DNA of 63,365 bases, counting the filler, from Octopus bimaculoides (taxonomy: Eukaryota), in assembly GCF_001194135.2 (NCBI RefSeq). It is 4 parts of 4 records of this genome, joined end to end, with 100 filler letters (N's around TTAATTAATTAA, not from the genome) between each part and the next. Parts side by side here need not be neighbours in the genome. Positions count along the whole stretch, not along the records: positions 39,996 to 61,257 come from NC_068984.1; positions 61,358 to 63,365 come from NW_026354712.1; 2 more parts are not named here. The stretch is one strand, 5' to 3'. Positions within the stretch are counted from its first letter, which is position 1. Every line of letters starts with the position of its first letter. Made by a program: the position numbers and the translations under genes. Positions 57,090 to 63,365 of the stretch are shown in pieces. The notes under the pieces are model-generated. The model saw only the letters and a program-made list of their open reading frames with translations. It ran no database searches and was not told the origin of the DNA.

Positions 57090-57941
57090 GCCAGGATCGC
57101 TTTGCAATGGATTCCACAAAGTAAAAGAAGACATGGTTAACCAAAGGAAACGTGGCGGAGAACAATAACAAAAGCAGAGGGTGCCAATGACGCGAATAGC
57201 TTCCTTCAAATCGCCCAATGTACAGGGCTTATGCGCATACACACGTGCCTTGAAGTTTCTCTACAAGAAATGATCACACATGGACAAATCAGGGGACCGA
57301 AGGGGCCAAGGAATGCCAGCAAACCTGGAAATGAAGCGGTCACCGAAGAGAGGGCGAAGAACGTCTATTGATGCTCTGGCTACCTGATCCATCGCGCCAT
57401 CCTGCTGAAACCACACACATCGAATAAGCGTACGTTTTCGTTGTAATTCAGGTACAAAGTTGTTTATCATCTCGATGTAACGCTCGGAGTTCACAGTAGC
57501 AGCATTTCCATTATTGTCTTCAAAAAAGTAAGGACCATTGACGGCAACTTTTTCACAGCACACCAGGCTGTCATTTTTGGCCTGTACAGTGGTCTTTCGT
57601 GCAGTTCTCTGAGCCCAACAACGACAGTTTTCAAGCGCCCAACAACGACAGTTCTGTTGAATCATCATGCCATCAAACCTTGCCGGTAACTCACGGCATG
57701 AGATGTATCCACTTCTATTACAGTTTCCAGCTCAGCATTATCCACCTTCGTCTCAGGTCTACTACGAGGATGATTTTCAAGAGTAAAGTCACCAGACTGG
57801 AACCGCTCAAACCATCGACGTACAGTGCGCTCACTCGCCCTATCTTCACCAAACACCTCATGATGTTTCGAGCTGTCTGAGATACATTGGTTCCACGACG
57901 GAACTCATATTCATAAACAACACGAAGTTTGAACTATCTAT
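57090..57941 (-). mobile_element. Composite Tc1/mariner remnant: mariner-type HTH N-terminus joined to a rosa-type (DD41D) catalytic domain
   Basis: 57941-57675 gives FRVVYEYEFRRG...FGEDRASERTVRRWFERFQSGDF. 57672-57090 gives QQNCRCWA...GPYFFED...WFQQDGA-(41 aa from D)-SPDLSMCD...KARVYAHKP. Confidence 0.8.
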
Positions 57942-58329
57942 GGATTCACAAAAAAAATGGTTTACAATATGAAACACCATGAATTTCATTTCGAAAAGCG
58001 ATGATGTAATTATTCAATGTTGTAAAACAAAGAATTGTCAGGATAAAACATTAGAGTTAATGATCTGATAAAATTACTGATTATTGCAAAGAAATAGAGT
58101 AAAGCCTCCGGCAAAGCCGAATGCATAACAAACTTAATTTTTAAATTTCTTCTTACAGATATGAGTGTCCATTCTCCATATATGGCTTTCGCCTGTGTCT
58201 GATTAAAAATGCCACAATGGTAAGAAAAACCAAACGAAAAACAGAGGTGCACTAGTGGGGAGGGCACTTAATATTTGTAAAAAGAACCTTATCTGCTTTC
58301 ATACTATTTTGTTTTCTGTTATTCTTTTA

Positions 58330-58502
58330 GCGCGTTGGAAAAATTGCTTAGTGACGTTTCTTTCGACTCTTTTACGTTCTGCGTTCAAATTCCGCCGAGG
58401 TCGACGCTGCTTTCATCCTTTCGGGTTCGACAAAATAAGAACCATTTGAACACTAAGGTCGATTCCCTTAAAATCGCTGGCCTTGTACCAAAATTTGAAA
58501 CC
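58330..58502 (+). mobile_element. tRNA-derived SINE
   Basis: gcgttcaaattccgccgaggtcgac...tttcatcctttcggg...ccaaaatttgaaacc. Confidence 0.8.
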
Positions 58503-58999
58503 ATTATTCATTTACTAGTTTTAGTCATTGAATAGCGACCATACCATCTTCAATGTTTTCAGTAGTTCATATTGATCATACTATTTATTATTTCAGTCAC
58601 ATACGTATTTCATTGATGAATGTTTAACTGTGGGTTGTTACCTTTTGACATAAAGGAACGAAACTCAATGCACAACTTTAAACTACATGGCTGCTTGACC
58701 TGCTAAAAATTAATATCTAAATTCCCTCAGATCACAACATAATGTAGAAAAGTACACGTTGGAGAATTGTGGGCTTGGATTTCCTGCACTTAGTATAAGG
58801 ACAGGCTGAAATAATAGGTTTGCTCGATCAGTGATGACCTGTGGATAACCAACAGCACGAATAATTTGTTTGGAACAGTTTGCAACTCTACGTCTAAACT
58901 GTTGTCATCAAACTAATAGTGACTAAATAAATGAACTTAAAGGACTACACTTAAAGTTTGACTCGAGTATGGGACAATTGGAAGTTCATGTTCCGGCAC

Positions 59000-59850
59000 T
59001 CTAGGTGCTAGATGGTAGAACATTTCTGTCTCTTTTAAGATGATTGATAACAGATTGAAGCCTATCGTCTAACATACAAAGTGATACGCAATTTTCTGAA
59101 TGTCTTCCAGGAAATGAGCCACTAGAGGTAAGTCATTAGCGAAAAGAAGTCCACGAACACATATAACGGCACTTCCTGGTGAATTATCGTAGAAAGTTGA
59201 ATAATCCATCATTCATTCTTGTGCGGTCATGTACTCCACACGAGATCTCACTCATCATGTTTTAAGAACGGCACTCCAAAATAACTCAATTAGCATTAGA
59301 GCGAGAACACGACTCTACTTTATTTCATGATCAACTTGAAACGAGGCCTAGCTGTTACTCTCAAAGAGGGATCGCAGTAGGCATACCATCATAGAACTAT
59401 CTCACTATCTCTTCAAATTTCTTTTGGACAGTTCTTATAAGAAGTGTCTTTTCACATTGTCGAAGATCTTCATAAAGTCGATGAACATAACAAAGAGGTG
59501 CACTTGTTACTTGGTAGCCTTTTCTTCAATTTGTCGAAAGATAAAAAAAATCCTATTATTGGAGCTCATAAGCACACGGACTCAATTTTTTTCTCGGAAC
59601 AGCAATGTGATCCGTTCTTTTTATTGAGTGTATTAGCATTTTACTGGAGACTATATATTTTTCTTAGATTGGCATAGAATGTCTTCGCAACTGTTAGGTC
59701 TAGAAAGGGTCTGTATCTCGCCTAATTCTCTTTGGGTCTAGAAAGGTCTGTATCTCGCCTGCCATCTGGTCTCATCATCGGTGTTTCAGCGACGGCAACA
59801 TCTTTTGTATTAAGGTTTACGCACATCTGAGTTAGCTGGTAATTTGTCGT
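59000..59850 (-). mobile_element. RTE-like LINE RT fragment, heavily decayed
   Basis: Minus strand IFFIFRQIEEK...LFVMFIDFMKIFDNVKR resembles the RT motif IFxLRQxxEK...FIDFxKAFD. Confidence 0.7.
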
Positions 59851-60984
59851 ATACTTCATCCATTTAGAGCGGCTTGATACTTTTATTTTTTAGATGACTG
59901 CTGCATTTCTATCTTTACATCATTTTTATCAAACCAATTTTCATGCTAAGCTTTGAGAATCCGATTGAGACAGTAGCTGTTTTGTAGATTTTGTCATATG
60001 CAGCTGTAGTGATATTACTGTAGTGTAGCACCATGATATGCAGCTATGATTTCAAAGTAGTGTAAATGTAACAAAATATAATAAAATAATGATAGGTAGC
60101 TGCTAAAAGCTACTGCATATGATATTTTGGCGAAGTGATGTATTCAGCTTCTGATGATTTGGCAGTTACCTGTAAATATATTTTATTATACATTATATTT
60201 TATTCCATAAGACTTGCATTTCTCCAATGTCAAATCTACATCGCTGTAACATCATACTTCATTTACAACGGTCCAAAATACTTGCAGCTGAGCACACCTT
60301 ATAACGTTACTGAATCACACCATAATTCAGTAACGCTACACACAGTGTAGTATTTTTCCTTTGCATGTCAAGATGCATGTGTGCATCTCCAGAACGATAG
60401 TAATCAGTTATGAGCGTGCTCGTGTATGTTTGTATGAACGTATGTCTGTCTATTTGTAGTTATATGTGTGTATGTGTGCGTATGTGTGCGTATGTTTGCG
60501 TACATGCGTGCGTGTGAGGGCGTGTGTCTCTTCACAGCGCTCAATTATTGAATGGCAGTGCGTAAAACTTTCTATTACCCGTTATTACAACCCAGTCAAA
60601 AGCAACTAGAAAAGAGAGAGAAAGAGAGAGAGAGAGAGANNNNNNNNNNNNNNNNNNNNNNNNNNNNNNNNNNNNNNNNNNNNNNNNNNNNNNNNNNNNN
60701 NNGTGGTGGTGGTGGTGGTGGTGGGGGAAACAAGTAATAAAGGCAAAAATAGAAACGAAGTAGAGTATTAGTTTCTACATAACCTTGTCGATATACTGAT
60801 ATTATTGCATTTTGAAATGGGATAATAAATTTAACAACTTGTTTTATACGAGTTCTGCTTTTACCATTTATGTTTATCTTTGTTTATCCTTCCTTACAAT
60901 TACTTCAGTTTCTTTCTCTCCGTATCTATCTATCTATGTGTGTGTGTGCCTTTGTGTGTGTGTGTGTGTGTTATTCCTTTACTA

Positions 60985-61200
60985 CCCACAAGGGGCTACA
61001 CACAGAGGGGACAAATAAGGACAGACAAAGGGATTAAGTCGATTATATCGACTCCAGTGTGTAACTGGTACTTATTTAATCGACCCCGAAAGGATGAAAG
61101 GCAAAGTCGACCTCGGCGGAATTTGGACTCAGAACGTAGCGGCAGACGAAATACTGCTAAGCATTTCGCCTGGCGTTCTATCGATTCTGCCAGCTCGCCG
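60985..61200 (-). mobile_element. Well-preserved tRNA-derived SINE
   Basis: Reverse reads ggcgagctggcagaatcgatag...ctgagtccaaattccgccgaggtcgactttgcctttcatcctttcggggtcga..., with A and B boxes. Confidence 0.85.
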
Positions 61201-61204
61201 TGTA

Positions 61205-61241
<37 letters not shown>

Positions 61242-61883
61242 GTGCGCGCGTGTTTGTNNNNNNNNNNNNNNNNNNNNNNNNNNNNNNNNNNNNNNNNNNN
61301 NTTAATTAATTAANNNNNNNNNNNNNNNNNNNNNNNNNNNNNNNNNNNNNNNNNNNNATAATAATAATAGTAATAATAATAATGATGGTAATAAAAAAAT
61401 AAATAAATATATGACTGTGACATCTGAGCTCTATAATAGCTGCCAGTAGGTCAGAAGATGTGGTTCTTTCGAAGAATGGTTGAAATGAGAACTGGCTAAC
61501 ATATGGCAGAATCAGTAGAGTATTAGTGAGAAAGTCTCTCAGTAGTTGTTCCGACTCCAAGCAGCCTGAGTTTAAATCCTGCCAAAGCCAACTTTAGCTT
61601 TCATTCTCTTGGGGTTGATAAAAACATACCAATACATGGTAGTGGATTAACAGAATTGGAAGATGGTCAGGTAACAAACCTTGTTGTGTTTTCCAGTTCT
61701 TACTGTTTTGAAAGCAATGACACTGAGCTGTATTAGTTCCAAGTTGGTTCTGGAGAGAAAAGAGGATTGCATGTATGGACAACTGCTAGTCTTCTTTGAA
61801 AAAAATTTTGCCTTGTCCTGCATTTACATGAACAGATAAAAAAACCAAACTTGGCAAATGGAAGCACTCACACACACATTAAA

Positions 61884-61927
<44 letters not shown>

Positions 61928-63365
61928 NNNNNNNNNNNNNNNNNNNNNNNNNNNNNNNNNNNNNNNNNNNNNNNNNNNNNNNNNNNNNNNNNNNNNNNNN
62001 NNNNNNNNNNNNNNNNNNNNNNNNNNNNNNNNNNNNNNNNNNNNNNNNNNNNNNNNNNNNNNNNNNNNNNNNNNNNNNNNNNNNNNNNNNNNNNNNNNNN
62101 NNNNNNNNNNNNNNNNNNNNNNNNNNNNNNNNNNNNNNNNNNNNNNNNNNNNNNNNNNNNNNNNNNNNNNNNNNNNNNNNNNNNNNNNNNNNNNNNNNNN
62201 NNNNNNNNNNNNNNNNNNNNNNNNNNNNNNNNNNNNNNNNNNNNNNNNNNNNNNNNNNNNNNNNNNNNNNNNNNNNNNNNNNNNNNNNNNNNNNNNNNNN
62301 NNNNNNNNNNNNNNNNNNNNNNNNNNNNNNNNNNNNNNNNNNNNNNNNNNNNNNNNNNNNNNNNNNNNNNNNNNNNNNNNNNNNNNNNNNNNNNNNNNNN
62401 NNNNNNNNNNNNNNNNNNNNNNNNNNNNNNNNNNNNNNNNNNNNNNNNNNNNNNNNNNNNNNNNNNNNNNNNNNNNNNNNNNNNNNNNNNNNNNNNNNNN
62501 NNNNNNNNNNNNNNNNNNNNNNNNNNNNNNNNNNNNNNNNNNNNNNNNNNNNNNNNNNNNNNNNNNNNNNNNNNNNNNNNNNNNNNNNNNNNNNNNNNNN
62601 NNNNNNNNNNNNNNNNNNNNNNNNNNNNNNNNNNNNNNNNNNNNNNNNNNNNNNNNNNNNNNNNNNNNNNNNNNNNNNNNNNNNNNNNNNNNNNNNNNNN
62701 NNNNNNNNNNNNNNNNNNNNNNNNNNNNNNNNNNAAGTTAACTGGAGATGAAAATATTAAATATTAATTGAATAAAGAGTCTGCTTTCTTTTATATATAT
62801 ATATCATGTGATCACACAACCAATCAGGCTATCAGATATTCTTACACATTGCTGGTCACAATGCGCTTTTGCATTGTTTTAGCCTTCAAATGACACCACT
62901 CCGCTGGCTAAGTGAGCAGGCCAACATTCCCCCATTGATTGAAGGGGGACTGGAGTAATGTGAAATGAAGTGCTTTGCTCAAAAATACAACATGCACCCG
63001 GTCCAAGAATCAAACTCACAATGTAGTGATTGGGAGTGCAACAGCCTAATCACTAGGCCATCTGCCTTCACTTTTTATACCAAAATACTATGTTAGTAAG
63101 AACAAAAGAAGAAGAAATCAATATCATTCGAGATAGACTAACAAATTTACTATGACACGACTGCTAGTGAAAAACTCTGAGTTCTGAATGTAACTACTCC
63201 ATGCTAATGTTATTCAATAAATACACATATATATAAAGAGAAGGGAGGAGAGTGCCCATAACTGATTGAAGGAGTCCCTTAAATTTTGGAGGAGGCCTGC
63301 CTCTGCTAAAGGCACCAATGGTCTTGGTGGTGGTGGTGTTGGTGTTAAAATGGAACAAGAGATGA

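Overview
AT-rich, gap-ridden eukaryotic genomic DNA dense in microsatellites, tRNA-derived SINEs and decayed transposons. It is most likely a coleoid cephalopod (Octopus-like), inferred from repeat content only. The only host gene I can identify is a minus-strand KCNQ (Kv7) voltage-gated K+ channel, seen as two exons with canonical splice sites: S5/turret (47698-47826) and pore/S6 (45563-45673). The rest is apparently intronic. It holds three Tc1/mariner catalytic classes (DD34D, DD37D, DD41D), a Penelope-like element, Dong/R4-, CR1-, RTE- and L1/Tx1-like LINE remnants, MITEs and many SINEs. The most interesting signal is a ~572-bp unit at 37108-38739, present as two tandem copies plus one inverted copy. 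Each copy carries a type I hammerhead-ribozyme-like motif whose stem II helices are conserved while its loop varies, suggesting a retrozyme/Penelope-like self-cleaving repeat inside the KCNQ intron. Weaker hammerhead-like cores lie downstream of the Penelope ORF and inside a second partial tandem repeat. Most long ORFs in the supplied track are microsatellite or N-gap artefacts. TE boundaries are read by eye and approximate unless stated.
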